Source: Rotaria socialis
Lineage: Eukaryota
Reading direction: 5' to 3'
Assembly: GCA_905331295.1 (NCBI GenBank)
Contig: CAJNYD010000054.1
Location: 62,001 to 126,000 of the forward strand
Length of the DNA stretch: 64,000 nucleotides
A model generated the notes under the pieces. The model had not been told where the DNA came from. It did not search any database and worked only from the letters and a program-made list of their open reading frames with translations. How positions within the stretch are numbered: position 1 is the first letter of the stretch; the number at the start of each line of letters is the position of its first letter. Position numbers and translations under genes: made by a program. This document shows positions 14,301 through 31,796 of the stretch, one piece after another.

Positions 14301-17300
14301 TATAATATCTTTTGACAATAATAATTCATCTAAAAAGTCATTCAATTGATTGCATACCTAAACGATGAGTTGTATGAATAACAAACACGAGACGAGAAGT
14401 AACTGTTTTAGATCATGCTATTTAAAGACAATTCTTGTTGTTTTATTATTTCAAATGAACAAATGTCACTTGAGATAGATCGGTAAATATTTTAATAGAA
14501 TATTAATTAAATTACAGACTCTCATTTGTTCGACCTTGCCTAGTGGTATCTTGTTTTCTATCTCATTTCTCAAGAGACAGTGTGAAATTTTTATTTCTAT
14601 TTTCTAGCGTCATCAAATAATGGATTTTCATTTTCTAATTTTGGATTTACTGATTCAACGTTTGCTCCGAATAATTCTCAACCAAACAAACAGCCTCCGA
14701 ATAATCCTTTAAGTTCTATTCAACCATCTCTACCAATTACAAATGAATCATCGTCAACGGATGATATTTTCAAGTCCTTGAGCACGAATAAAGTAACTCC
14801 CACGTCTCAAATAGCACCAACAAAAGGTATAGTTTTCTTTTGCAAAAATTCACTATTCATATTATTATAAATATTTTAGTTGCAACCAATAATGAACAAC
14901 CACCTCCAACAATTGTTAATACTAAAACACTTCGTCAAATGGTAAGAAGCCAAATTCTCATCATCTAAACAGAATTGTAAATTAATGATTATTCAGAAAA
15001 TTCATCGAGGCTAAATAAATAGAGAGAAAAGAAACAGCTTAGCTCATTTTTAACCTTTACTTGACTTATACATTATGCAATAGGAAGAAGAAATGAAAGT
15101 TTTTTTCTAGCTCCAGGATGTTTAGGATCGTGTTATTTCAGCTGATATAGTTTCCGATGATATCGCCTCGCTAATAATTTCAAAAGAATATGTTACTGAG
15201 AGTTGCGCCATAGTGCAAATCTTTCTCTTCAAAGTACACTGATCTGATTTAGACGTTCATTTCGAGATCAATGTTCTTTAAAATAATAATAAGTAGCATG
15301 ACATCCAACAGAATGATGGGATACTACAAAGAGAAATATCGTCCGAAGAAGAGTTCTTGGATTCTCTCAACTTTGGTCGAAAGAAAAATGTCGAACGTAA
15401 AAATGTCGAAAACAAATATCTGAAGATAAATATATGGTATGATGGAAAAAGGAAGAAAGAAAAAATATCGAAAGGGAAAAAAGTTGAAAATAAAAATATC
15501 GAAAACAAAATTAATACACATGCAGATGGATAGAAATGCTGAAAACGAGAGTATATTGAAGTACAAGTCTCCCTCACCCTCTATTCAATCTTACATGCTC
15601 GTGTTCATCTCATATTCTTGTTTTCGACATTTTCCCTTTCTTCTTTTTTCCATCCATTCCTGGAGACTGGCTTCCATAAACTATCACCTACGATGGTTTT
15701 GCTTATTTAAATTAGTACCATTTTTTTAATTTTTCGACATTTCTCCTGTCGACATTAGTACAGTTTTTCTTTTCGACCTTATTGCTTTCGACGTTTTTCC
15801 TTTCGACCAAAGTTGTGATTACCGAGTTCTTGTATGTACCTATTGGCTTCGTTTTTCAATAGTACGGCATGTCGAAGTAATGTTGCTGCCGATTCTTTAG
15901 GCATCGTTAGTGTTGGAAATTATTTATTGCCTACTTTAAATTCTTGTCATCATTTGATAAAGAGAAAATCAATTTAACCTAGATTTTTCTTCACCAAGTT
16001 AAATATTTAGTTGTAATCAGTAACACTGCGGTAATTTAAAATTACTAAGAAGAAATTTTGCTCTGATGTTATATTTTTTCTACATGCCTTCTGAATTCAA
16101 GCCTAACTTTTTCTTAGACTAATGAATTGCAATCGAAATTGAAAGCTGTTCAAAATCCATTATCAAAACCATCTGATTCGCCTATAGATCTCGATCGATC
16201 TTTAAAAACTTTAATAACATCATTGAACACTACGACCAAATCGCTTGAAGTAAATATTATTCGGGTTTTCTCCACAAAATAAGAAAATCTTTCTTTGTTT
16301 TGTTTTAGACATCACTGCAATCAATAAAAAGCATGACAGGTGCACATATAGAGTCACAGACAAGAATTGAAAATGCTCGTCATCAAATAATATTATGTCA
16401 AAAAGAAAATCTCTATGATCTATTAAAAGATCGTGAACTCGATCCATGGACACAATTACGTATTGATTCAGTTAAAACTAAATATGAAAAATTGAAACAT
16501 GATTTTAATGTATTACTTCAATTAACCAATAAAACCATTCATGATAAATCATTTATCAATAATGATGATGATGATGTTGATGAAAACGAGTTCGTTTAAG
16601 CAAACACAAATTCAGTTTTTTTTCTAATTTTTAATTTTCAGGGATTTCCTACCGGATTTCGAAATATTAGATACAACTGAAACAATGAAACAAAGAATGA
16701 ATAAACGCTTGCGAGATCTTAGTCACAAAGTAACTGAAACAGAAAAAGATTTAGCCAATATTTGTAAAACATTAAATACAGATTTATTGAGTAGCAAACC
16801 AAATAAGTATGATTTAAAATTACAGAAATGTTTGTATTCTCTTATTGAGTTATATTTTTTTTGTTTTAGTTCAAATTTTTCGAAGACGAAAACGTCTTCG
16901 TCCAGATCATTTCATGAATTCGATTCGAAAATTTTTTCACATTTACAAGCTACTCATCAAAAAGTTCTTCAAATACATGTACCAGCAACTCCAATAATTC
17001 AATTGTCATCGATCGGCGAGCCAAAACAATCGTCAACAACTGAAATAGCTAAGTCACAAACGCCTACCATAGAATCATCAACATTGGGAACAACTAAACA
17101 ACAAACACCTACGACTAAATCATCAACACCGATACAACCGAATTCACCATCTGGTGAATCGGAAAGTTTTAAAAATATGCTACGTCTTGTTCGAACATCA
17201 ATCGATCTATTTTCTGGTGCCACAAGCCCTGAACAATTACGTGAGTTATCGAGCACAATAGCAACAAGTCCATTAGCATCAGGAACAGTAGCTGCACAAA

Positions 17301-19016
17301 AATCAAATATTACTGGTATTAATCGAACTCCAACGATGTCGAAAACAGCAAATCCGGCAAAATCATCCACTATAGCAAAGCCAACATCAACAAATCTTTT
17401 ACAAACACCTGGAACAATGATGAATTCATCTATTCCAAATATTTCTTTTACGCCAGCAACGCCAACAAGCCAAACAATATCATCGGATACGCAATCGAAA
17501 CTTCAAGCAAATAGACCTAGCTTTCAAACAACTGCTGATCAATCAAAACAACAATCTGCATCCGTAACAGGTGATACTTATATGCGATCATTACTGGGTA
17601 ATAGTACAATGCCATCTACAACAACTTCTCCATCACTAATAAATCAACTGGGAGCTGCATCCACAACAACCCAAGGCGTAAGACCGGCACTATTTCCCAA
17701 TGCTTCTGCCACAGCATCAACGCCACAAGTCATAAATCAAATTGCTTTATCAGCACAACAAGCAACAGGTATATCTACTTCGTCGTCAAGTCAGCCACCT
17801 TTCGGTAATATTTCTTCAACTACATCAACAACGATAACATCTGTTCAATCAACATCACCAACAACCAAACCTATTGTTTCTACTAGCCTAAATCCATATA
17901 GTGGTCAAGCGCCGTTCAGTATTTCCGGATTTAATTTAACGTCTAATTCGCCATCTACGAGTCCATTTGGCACTACAACAACAACAACAACAACTACGGG
18001 ATCATCATTTACTGGTGCTGTCACTACAACATCTGCACCCAGTATATTTGGTGCTACTGTAACAGCAACTGCCAGTCCATTCGATACTACTGCTCCTACG
18101 ACTACAGCAACAGCAATAACACCTACATCTGGTGCTGGAATATTTGGTGCTCCAACAACATCAACTGCTAGCGTATTTGGTACCGGATTTGGCAGCCCTT
18201 CTACTATGATCGCGACAACATCATCAGCACCTACTGTTAGCATATTTGGTACACCAATAAGTACATCTCCAGGTACCAGCATTTTTGGAGCTGGAACAAC
18301 AGCAACACCTGGCACTAACTTATTCGGTGGTGCTCCAGGTGCGGTATCATCACCGGCAAGCCCATTTGGTAGTGGATTCGGTAGTGCTTTAACAACAGCA
18401 GCTCCTAGTACTAGTGCATTCGGCGGTGGCTTTGGTAATACTACTACTACTACTGGAACATCTCCATTCGGCAGTACATTCGGTGCAACAACACCAACAT
18501 CCAGTGCTAGTCCGTTTGGTAGTAGATTTGGTGCTACTACTACTGCTACTTCAACAACACCAACATCAGTCACTAGTGCTTTTGGTGGTACTGGCTTCTC
18601 AGTTACTTCACCAGCAGCATCTACTTTAACTACTCAATCAGCAGCTGGTGGTGGTTCATCATTTGGTAGTCGACCAACATTTGGTAGTAGTTTTACTGGT
18701 TTTGCAACACAATCAAATGCAGCTGCATCATCGACCGGCTTTTCATTTGGTGGTTTTGGTAGTGCTCAACCTGCAGAAGCTCAAGCAACGCAACCAGGCT
18801 TCGGTTCTTTTGGAGCAGCATCGACTGCTGCGTCACCCTTTGGAGGAGCAGTCGGACAAACAAGCGGTTTTCCTTGTAAGTGCACAACATTTTTAGAGAA
18901 AACTTCTTCTTTGACGGTTCCTTTTCGTTCTCTTATTTTTAGCAGCAACATCATCATTTGGTGCTGCAACAGCACAACCAACAGCTTCGCCTTCATTTAC
19001 AGCTTATCGTAAATAA
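5363..19016 (+). CDS. NUP214: Nuclear pore complex protein Nup214 (beta-propeller, coiled coil, FG-repeat tail); multi-exon
   Basis: Exon 1 is 5363-5392 (MMEEAQEKDM). Then LLASSNRYG, FAWNP and CWSPKGKQ propeller motifs (5959-7237), a ~6.3 kb intron (7238-13554), PMLLLSNSDGLLQVYY (13555-13936), a coiled-coil region (16.1-16.8 kb) and S/T-rich FG repeats (16870-18874). The last exon ends ..SFTAYRK* at 19016. Confidence 0.9.
7659..9065 (-). CDS. Cell-surface leucine-rich repeat protein (signal peptide, LRRs, LRRCT-like Cys, hydrophobic/GPI-like tail), nested in a Nup214 intron
   Basis: 468-aa single-exon ORF with LxxLxLxxNxL repeats (IDDIDLSSNLIEKIDEYTFEHIPKLRHLTLTNNPL), LQCNCQL, and hydrophobic N- and C-termini. 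A splice acceptor sits directly before the ATG. Confidence 0.88.
   Translation of the reverse strand: MNLRSDFFSFFLILFNLDLCLSSICSQYYPLQSQSQLCECEDASSNSTPSSILLKCIGLSTIPNLYSNIIYNTIQIDSCLNDFNFQYESFNNLTINILRMHHCNLLNINDQTFANIKQLEKFTLENSTIISLKFSNENFQELFSMNSFQKLKSLTLKNIHYHQKSKHDKKLNLELLLQQLPFLHRLELSNIFIDSYRYYDIYSIGQHLTYLSLTNTHQLSLLPIEYLVSLERLIIRNLPNLFQTQPLIGSLKKLQNLKYIAFEHNQLESIENLQSNTIDDIDLSSNLIEKIDEYTFEHIPKLRHLTLTNNPLNSIDKNAFCGIKNLERLSIHITHKQISPLDNCILINYPRLKIVEDASTKLQCNCQLLNIFNLKRQENVDINRLFKMNQDCLYNDRFVRVYELEKYLNCSSFNQCTDFCQYRQRKTQPTPTILSHFQVKSKYTSLSTSLYSFFSYTLFLLLSCFLYL
12743..12772 (+). repeat. (CAT)n microsatellite
   Basis: About 10 direct CAT units. Confidence 0.9.
15360..15823. mobile_element. 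Non-autonomous Mutator/Foldback-like MITE with 9-bp TSD
   Basis: GAGTTCTTG at 15351-15359 and 15824-15832. Inverted termini share caactttggtcgaaag..tcgaa, with subterminal ~15-bp AAAATGTCGAA-type repeats mirrored at both ends. Confidence 0.85.
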
Positions 19017-19818
19017 GACATACTACATAGATACAAATATGCATATATTTTTTTTTCTCTTTTTGTTTGTCATGTCTGTAACTGAGAAAATTTGTTTGCT
19101 CAACACTCGATTAATTTTTCTTTTGTCTTTTTTGAAAAAATAAAAAACCCACATGTGTGAATCCAATGAAGAAAAATAAATATGTGATATAAATATAAAA
19201 AACATTGAAATACATTTTTCTCCTTTGTTTTTTTCGAAAAAAAAGTATGTAGGCAGAGAGTAGTCTGAATTGAGTTTTGATCATCGAAATGATCATCTCA
19301 CTTATTTAACTGCATGTTGCTGACCACAGGCTTTCACAACTTTTTCAACGATAAGAGCATCTCAACGTATGTTGATCTTGTACTCGAATGTTACCATTGA
19401 GAAAGAAACTTCACACCGGAAGCTTTCTGATCACCTGCCATACGTTAACCGCATGGAACCCTGCTAGAGTCTCGATTGGTCGTTATCTCAGACCTTCCCA
19501 AGGATAAATATGAAAGAGTGACATTAGATCGCACTCGTATGTAATCCCTGTAAGTAAGCTTCAACCCACATACATGAATGTATTTTTCTTGGCTTCAAAC
19601 TTATATAATGAAACATATTTGTACAAAGAAATAAAACGGTGATTCACAAAAAACCTTCGATCGTGAGTGACACCTTTCATTTTACTGTCGCTAAAATCTA
19701 TCATTTTCACACGATGAAATAATATACGTAGTCAATGCAATGAATGATTTTTTTTATAATTAGAATAATTATTCAAATTTATTGATCGTACATTGTTTTT
19801 GTTATCGTCTTAAATTAA

Positions 19819-19852
<34 letters not shown>
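19819..19852 (+). repeat. (AAT)n microsatellite
   Basis: About 11 direct AAT units. Confidence 0.9.
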
Positions 19853-19855
<3 letters not shown>

Positions 19856-20408
19856 TTTTGAGAAAACCAAAACGCTTCTGTTCCGTACAGACACGTGTGT
19901 ATTCATCTGAGAATGTATGTTTAATTTTTAATTTTTATATTATATCCAAGGCAACAAAACACTGAGCCTTAGGTTTTCAAAAAATGTTTTGAAGTTGTGA
20001 TAGAATATGTTGGCATTTTTATCAGTGAGAACCGCCTTTATAAATAACAAAAACATGTTCAGCTCTGTAAAGAAAAGAAGCAAAATATTTCTGTTGAAAT
20101 CATACGAATCGATTTTTAAGCTATTAGTCTTTTGTATGTGGTCATTACTAAAAAATTAATATCATGAGAACAGGGGAAGTGTGAATCGCTTTGGCTCATG
20201 AATAATTCATTGTTGTCTATCAGAGCCATCTGTCATGGTGATATTACAGCTTATGTTTGATTCGTTCACGGTGACAAGTAATTCAATGCAATGCGTGTAT
20301 ATGTGTAGACGAACGGGTGAATCAAACTCAATTAAAATAGCAATACGTTTCATGTTATATATTTGTTCTTTGAAAGAAAAAAGAAAGACCTTGCTAGGAA
20401 TATTTTAG

Positions 20409-22371
20409 ATGACTGAAGTGCATTCGTTTGGCAACCTACCAGTAATTGCTCATTCTTGGAATAAAGATCGAACACGTATGTTTTTTTTCTTTTAATCTCT
20501 CATTCAATTTGTTTTGTACCTATTTGATTTCATCTAGAAATAGCCGTATCATTAGGTAAAAATGATGTTCGTATTTATCAAAAGAAGGATGGTAAATGGC
20601 GATTGATACATACATTATCGGAACATTTATCTCGTGTGTTAGCAATCGATTGGGCGCCTCAATCAAATAGAATTGTATCAGCTAGTGCTGTAAGAATTCG
20701 AAGTTTTGTCTTGTAAAATAAGTTCGATTGTTCTATTAGGATTATAATGCTTATGTTTGGTCTTTTGAAAATAATACTTGGAAACAACAAATGGTTGAAT
20801 TACAGCGAACAAGTAGAGCCGTATGTTGTGCCAAATGGTCACCCGATGGTAAAAATTCAAAACGATGCTGATGAAAAAAAAATCCTTTTTTTTTGTTAAG
20901 AAAATAAATTTGCTATTGGTTCAAGTGATAAAAACGTTGGAATATGTTATTATGAAACTGAACAAAGATTTTGGGCAGCAGAAATGATAAAGAAAAAACC
21001 GAAATTAACTGTCACGTGTATCGCCTGGCATCCAAATAATCAATTGCTTGCTGCTGGCAGTTGCGATTATCGAGTTCGAATCTATTCGGCTTTCGTTAAA
21101 ACTGTTGATCGTGAGCCGCAAGTTTCTAGTTGGGGAAAAATTACAAATACAGGAGAACTGCTACACGAATTTCAATCTGGTAATGAGTTTTTTTCGTCGT
21201 TTTTGATAGAATTTTATCGCTTGAAATTATTTAGAATCGGGCTGGATTCATGATTTAGCTTTTTCACTATCGGGTGACATTCTTGCATGGGTATCACATA
21301 ATTCAATTATATTTGCTGTGTCAGCAAGAAATCCAGCCGAGTCTGTTTGATTTTAAATTTAATTTTCCAAACGAATAATTTTGTTTTTAGAATTACAATG
21401 GAAATTACAAATTATTTGCCATTTCGTTGTATTCTTTTTGTTAGTGAATCAACAATGATTGTTGCAGTATGTACAATAAACAGAAAATTAAAAAAAAAAG
21501 AATGATGGGTGTATTTTTCTTAAGGGTCACGAATTTTCTCCATTGATTTATAATTATGATGAACGAAAAGGTACACTTAATTTTGTCGAGAAACTCGATC
21601 AGCAAGATGGAGTAGTTGGAAAACAAGCGATTAAGTTAGTATTCGTAGATTATATTTTCTCTTCATTTATTTTCATGTCTTTTTTGCCTATAGCGAAGAG
21701 ACTGAATTTTATACGCCATATCAGGCAGCGTATGCAGGATGAAAGAGTGTGTTTGCAGTGTTTCGTTTTTTTTTGCATGAATATTTAAAATTTGCATTTT
21801 ATCGTCGAATTGCTTCCGATTAGTTGCATGAACAGTGCGGAAACTCAGTCACTTCCTTACGAATGCATAAGTTCGTTCCTCTCTGTACTATTTATGATTA
21901 CAAAGAGTTAAGCGAACGATGCGTACTTCGGATTTGTTGATCTGGCAAGAGTAAATTTAGTGTTCTGAAATGAACCTTCGCAAGAATTCCTTCAGCTGTT
22001 TGAAACTATGGTTTTGAGATAAACATTTTCGGGTTTAACAAAGTAAACAAACTGTTTTTTGACTTTTAATATTTTCGTTAGTCGTCTATTTGATCAAGCA
22101 TCAATGCAAACACAAACACCTGAGCCGGTATCGACGCATCAAAGCATGATAACGTAAGAATGTCTTGTTTTTCAGTTGGCTTTACTTCTGTCAATATTTC
22201 CGTTTTATTAGACAACTTTTACCTTATCAAACAGAGCCTAATTGTCTATCGAAAATCAGTTCGGCTGATTTATTTGGCCAAGTTGTTATTTGGAATTTGA
22301 ATGGCAGAGTAAGGTTTTTCGGTTTAATATCCGCGTATTTAAATTTTATTTTTTAGAAAATAAGAAAATGA
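20409..22371 (+). CDS. ARPC1: Arp2/3 complex subunit 1 (p41-Arc, WD40), divergent; multi-exon
   Basis: HSWNKDRT, IDWAPQSNRIVSASADYNAYVW, KWSPDENKFAIGS, WHPNNQLLAAGSCDYRVRIYSA, LAWVSHNS, LPFRC across GT-AG introns. Confidence 0.9.
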
Positions 22372-24281
22372 ATGGTGATTGATAAACAACATGGATGGAA
22401 TAGAACTGTTTTACTTGACAATGTGTGGGTTTCTTTTTCTTCATTCTTATTCTTATTATAATCATCGTTCGAAATTGGCACAAACAACATGTTTGTACAA
22501 TCGAATGTACTTATGTATTTTTCTATGAACTTAAGCTGCGTTCTTGAAGTCGTGCTGTTCGTCTCTTTTTTTTTAAATGGTCGCTTTCTATTTGACTATG
22601 CGCTGCTTATCTTGTAAAAGTAATTTTTCCATTAAAATATAAACATCTTTATTTGATATTTAATAAAGCAAAAACAGCAAAATTTCAGCACTTGAATTAA
22701 TCTTTTCTAGATAATTAATAAATAAGCAAGAGAAAACGGCAAGCCCATGACAATGTCGTTACTCATTTAAGTGAGTCCTATTTTTTTATGAAAATTTTCT
22801 TTCGTAGTTTGATATATATTAGCAAAACAGCCCAGGTGAAGTCAAACTTGATTATAGACGTCGATATTTGTATGAGACGGAATAAAATAGTCTAGAAAAA
22901 ATGAATACATAGACTCCTCGATGTTCAGGGACATTGACTTATCTACACAACTTTGCTCTTATTACATCACTAGTTAGAGTGAGATGTAATGGCAAGGCTA
23001 TTAACATTTATGATAACACAATTTCATCGCTAGAAACACATTGACATATTCGATTAGACATTGTCGACAAGTGCGCAAACCTTTATTTGATGTGGATTTA
23101 TAGATATTTAGGATTGTATAGATAAAATAAACCATTCCAGATACTTGATTGAAATAATACTCTCACTGAATCGATAATAGAGAAAAATGACTGTACATTA
23201 TACGAGAGTTGCCATATGAATTAATTTGAGCCAATCTAAGATTATATACTGATGATATATTATTATTATTATTATTCAATTGTATCATATCGTACGCTGA
23301 TCTATAGGTGAAATGAAACGATTGTACTTCTATTTATGCATCATTCATAAATGTAGGCGTTCGTCATTATGTACAGGTAGTTATGCTTCATTTATAAAAG
23401 GTGTAAGGATTTAGTTTTTGCACAAAACACTTTTATTCATCACTGCTATCATTGATATATACTTTTTTAAACATAGAAACCTTGAGAATATGCCTCGTAT
23501 GTGTGTGCGTGTGTGTTCTGGATCGATAATCATCTACGTAGAGTTAATGGTTTTCACCGATGTTTGTAAACGTTTAGACAAGCTATTTTTTGATAGGCAA
23601 ATTTAAAAAATGTTTACTTCCTATTCGGTTTTTATTTTCAGCATAACCGCACCGTGTCGGTTGAATGTAGGTTGAAAATTTTCAATTATTATCTAACATA
23701 AGAAAAAAAAAAGTATTTTCATTGTTGTAATATATTGAATTACTTTGATTTTGACGAAATCATCTTTGTATGTTTTATTTCTGAATCAAATAACTGCGGT
23801 GGAAATGAGTCCTGTGATGATTTCATTTACTTTCGTCAATATTACCTGTTGACATAATACTTTCAGAAAAAAATAACAAATATTTGATTCACAGTCTGTT
23901 GCATATAATCTTTTTCTTTACCTTTTTTCTTATATCAGTATAATAGAAAATGACCGAAGAGCAGTAAAAACAGTTCGAATACGCTTATATTCACTGATGA
24001 GATCAAATAAGTTCAAAAGGCACTTCAAAGTAAGTAGAGAGAATGAAAGTAAACTGTTGCCCTTGAGACGTCTATGTCATTTCTATTTTTATGAATATTT
24101 TAGATGTTCTTATTTTCGTTTCAATGTGTTAATCCTTGATAATTATTTTACAAGTTAATTTTATTTTTTCAAAACGAGAAATAAAATCCGTCATTATCGC
24201 ATTCCATTTCATTGATCAAATTGCTTTCGAACAATTAAACATAAATTTTCAAGGACAATCATCGAATAATAAAATCTTCAT

Positions 24282-28821
<4,540 letters not shown>

Positions 28822-29125
28822 TTGCAGATACAGATTTATTTTTACAAGCAAGAGCAAAGAATATCTCACCGAATTCAGTTCCTATCTTGGAAATTTTACA
28901 AAATTATAAATTGCCAATTATTCTTTTTTTTTCTTCTTTTTCTTTAATTTATTTCAACTTTTATTGTTATGTCTTATCGTAAATCTGTTGAATTGTTTTT
29001 CAAAAAAGGAAAGAAAAAGGAAAACACAAATACCAAAGAACTGCTATCTGACATTGATAAAGAATACAAATTAAATTACAAATGCATTATTGTAAAACAA
29101 AATCAACAACTAATAAATGGAATGT

Positions 29126-31413
29126 TTAAAATAATTGAATAAACAAAACAAAAGCTAAAAAAATGGAATGTGAAAAAATCATATTGCTAGATGAGTTTTG
29201 ACTATGAATTCTTTTACAGCCTTTATTATTTCGATGAGTCACAAATTGTTGACAATCAGACGTTTCTAAATGAATGAAAACATTAAGTTTGAATCAATCA
29301 TAAAATTCATCATCTTACGATAAAGTGTGACTCTTCCAAATTCCGATGGAAAATTCGGCGCTGTTGCATTTATATAATAATTACCCAAATCGGCTTGTTT
29401 AAAATTAATAATCGTTAAACGTGATAAAATACAATCAGTACATATTGACATTTCCGGTATGGTTGCTTCGATTAAATATTCCTGTGAGTTCCAAATATTT
29501 GTGTAATATTTCATATTTGGAACACCAGCACTTTGTTCTTTACGCCAACTTAACGAAATAAAAACGAATTCAATAGCAGATCGGCAAAAACGAATCATTC
29601 AATCTTACGAAATTTTCGGCGGAGGATAACCGTAAACGTAACATTCCACATAGGCGTCAACTTGAAAGTCTGTCGCTTGACCGACATCACGTTCACAATA
29701 TACATATGGACGAACTGAAACATGAAAAATATTTTGAGTTCGCACTACATTCATAACGTTGACTACTGAACAGAGCCCGTTCGAGCTCTACTACTGCGGT
29801 GAAAGTATTTTAGAAATCTCAACATTCTCACTTACATCTTACTGAAAGTTTCAGTGTCCATTCACTACCAAAGCCAACCAAATTACTAGCTGAAAATAGA
29901 AAACAATATCAACATACTGATTTTATGCTTGAATATAATTACATACCCAAACATTTATAAATTCCACTTTCTCTACGTGTTACTTGATGCAAATCTAATT
30001 GAGAACCCTAGAAGGAAATAAAAACTCGATGATATTAAATTGTCATGAATAATTTAAAAGCACATACCATCTGTCTAATGTGACCTGAGCTAAGAGGTTG
30101 TGCGTCAGCTTTTTGCCATTCGATAGTTGGTGATGGATATCCTGGAGAAAATTTTTTAAAATATAATTCTATTAGTTTTTAATAAAAACTGACAAACCTT
30201 GAGCATTACAAATAAGTGTAACTGAATCACCTTCGTTGACTTCGATGTCTTTTGTTGATGATTCAAGAACAAGTGGTTCGCCTAATTTAGAAAGTTCTTT
30301 CATATTTTGTAATTTCAAGAGCATGTGCCTACTCACTGATCACATTAAGAAAACGTGTCAAGTATATTTCTCTTGAATTAGTATCCGTCAAACGACCTAA
30401 GCAAATAGTCAAAGTTTTTTCGAAAATATTTTAAGTTAGATTTTACATGTTAAATTGCCAAGATCATCTCGGTCAAGTGGATCAAATATCAAAGTCCACT
30501 CAGATGATTCAGTTGCATGAATAGCTTGTAAACGAGGAACCGGTTGATTAAATTGTAAAACATCAGTATCAACAGCTAATGTAAAATTTTTTCCATCATT
30601 AAATCTTTTTAATGCCCATTCAACCTAAATATTCAACAGAAAACAACATCTTATGGCCATTACATAATTAGAGCCAGCCCCCTGGGATAAAGTAGCAAGC
30701 TGTAATCTACTTGATTACGTCTTTCCTTGTTTTCGTCAGTCGGATAGAAATCTTAATCACATCCATCTTCAAAAAGAAGAATATCCAATCAAAATCTCCG
30801 CCTAGTTTCACAACATTGACTGGAGTCGTAATACAGTTGTACGCTTCTTATATTAACGAGCGCCATTCGAGTTTTAGTATGTCAACTGCAATCAAAATTG
30901 TTATCCCGCCCTAATGATAACTACTTTTATCTTTATTAAAAGAAAAATAATGACTAGTATATTCTTCCTTCCATTCTATAGGAAATGTTTTTTTCTGGCA
31001 TATTAATGTCTTCTGATTATTTTGAATGTACAAGTAACTTTCAATTGAAGTCTTAAAAAATATGTTTTCCGAAGTTATTTTAGCAATAGATAAATATCGC
31101 GATCTAATCACTGACAATCAGCTCAATGAGAGCTCGTCTACGTTATCAAATAATATTAATTTTATATGTTGATTTTCAACAAGAATTATATTAAAAATAA
31201 TATTTAACTTACATGACGTTTATCATTAGATGTCAAACCAACTAATGTACAAGTTGCAGTCAATCGTTCACCAGCACGTGGTGCTATTGGATCAAAAATA
31301 ATTCCATCTTTATCACGCATATCAAATCGCGGTATTGTTTCGGTATTTATTAACGATATTGATATACATATTATATACACTGGTAAGAAAAATAATTTCA
31401 TAATAAATTTCAA
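29126..31413 (-). CDS. Three-Ig-domain GPI-anchored adhesion protein (Lachesin/IgLON-like); multi-exon
   Basis: Signal peptide, Ig1 (ATCT..VEW..DDLGNLTC), Ig2 (EGDSVTLICNAQGYPSPTIEW..ESGIYKCLASN), Ig3 (ECYVYGYPPP..DLGNYY), then a hydrophobic C-terminus (NSSSNMIFSHSIFLAFVLFIQLF*). Confidence 0.85.
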
Positions 31414-31796
31414 AAAATAGATTTAAACAAGCGAAAAAGGTTTACCAAACGAACGAGATAGCATCAACATTTTGTCATGCACAGTACAGGTGAGATTTCG
31501 TCTCTTTTGATTGATCACTTTGTTCCGAAAAATGGACAGTAGATGACCGATCGAGCGACCAATGGCTATCATGAGTTATGTTGAAATTTAAAGAGAGAAG
31601 AATAATTCTTGTAATTTTGATTTGTTTTGAATTTCTAGAAAAAATAAAAATGAAAAAATAAAATTCGAGTGAAGCGACATCTTTCGTATACTGTGATTGA
31701 TTGTTGCTTTCAATTAGCCAAAATGCTGTTCTCTTTTTTTTGTTCACTTCCAGAAATCTCTTCATTTTCTTGATTGCGGAGACAAGAATCTCAAAC

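Noticed and set aside
15278..15729. Three overlapping F- or K-rich ORFs
   Set aside because: Low-complexity products of MITE subterminal repeats.
16999..18996. Minus-strand and alternate-frame ORFs over Nup214
   Set aside because: Shadows of S/T/FG-rich codons.
23950..24281. Upstream ATGs extending ATP2C1
   Set aside because: In-frame stops precede ATG 24282, so these are treated as 5'UTR or uORFs.
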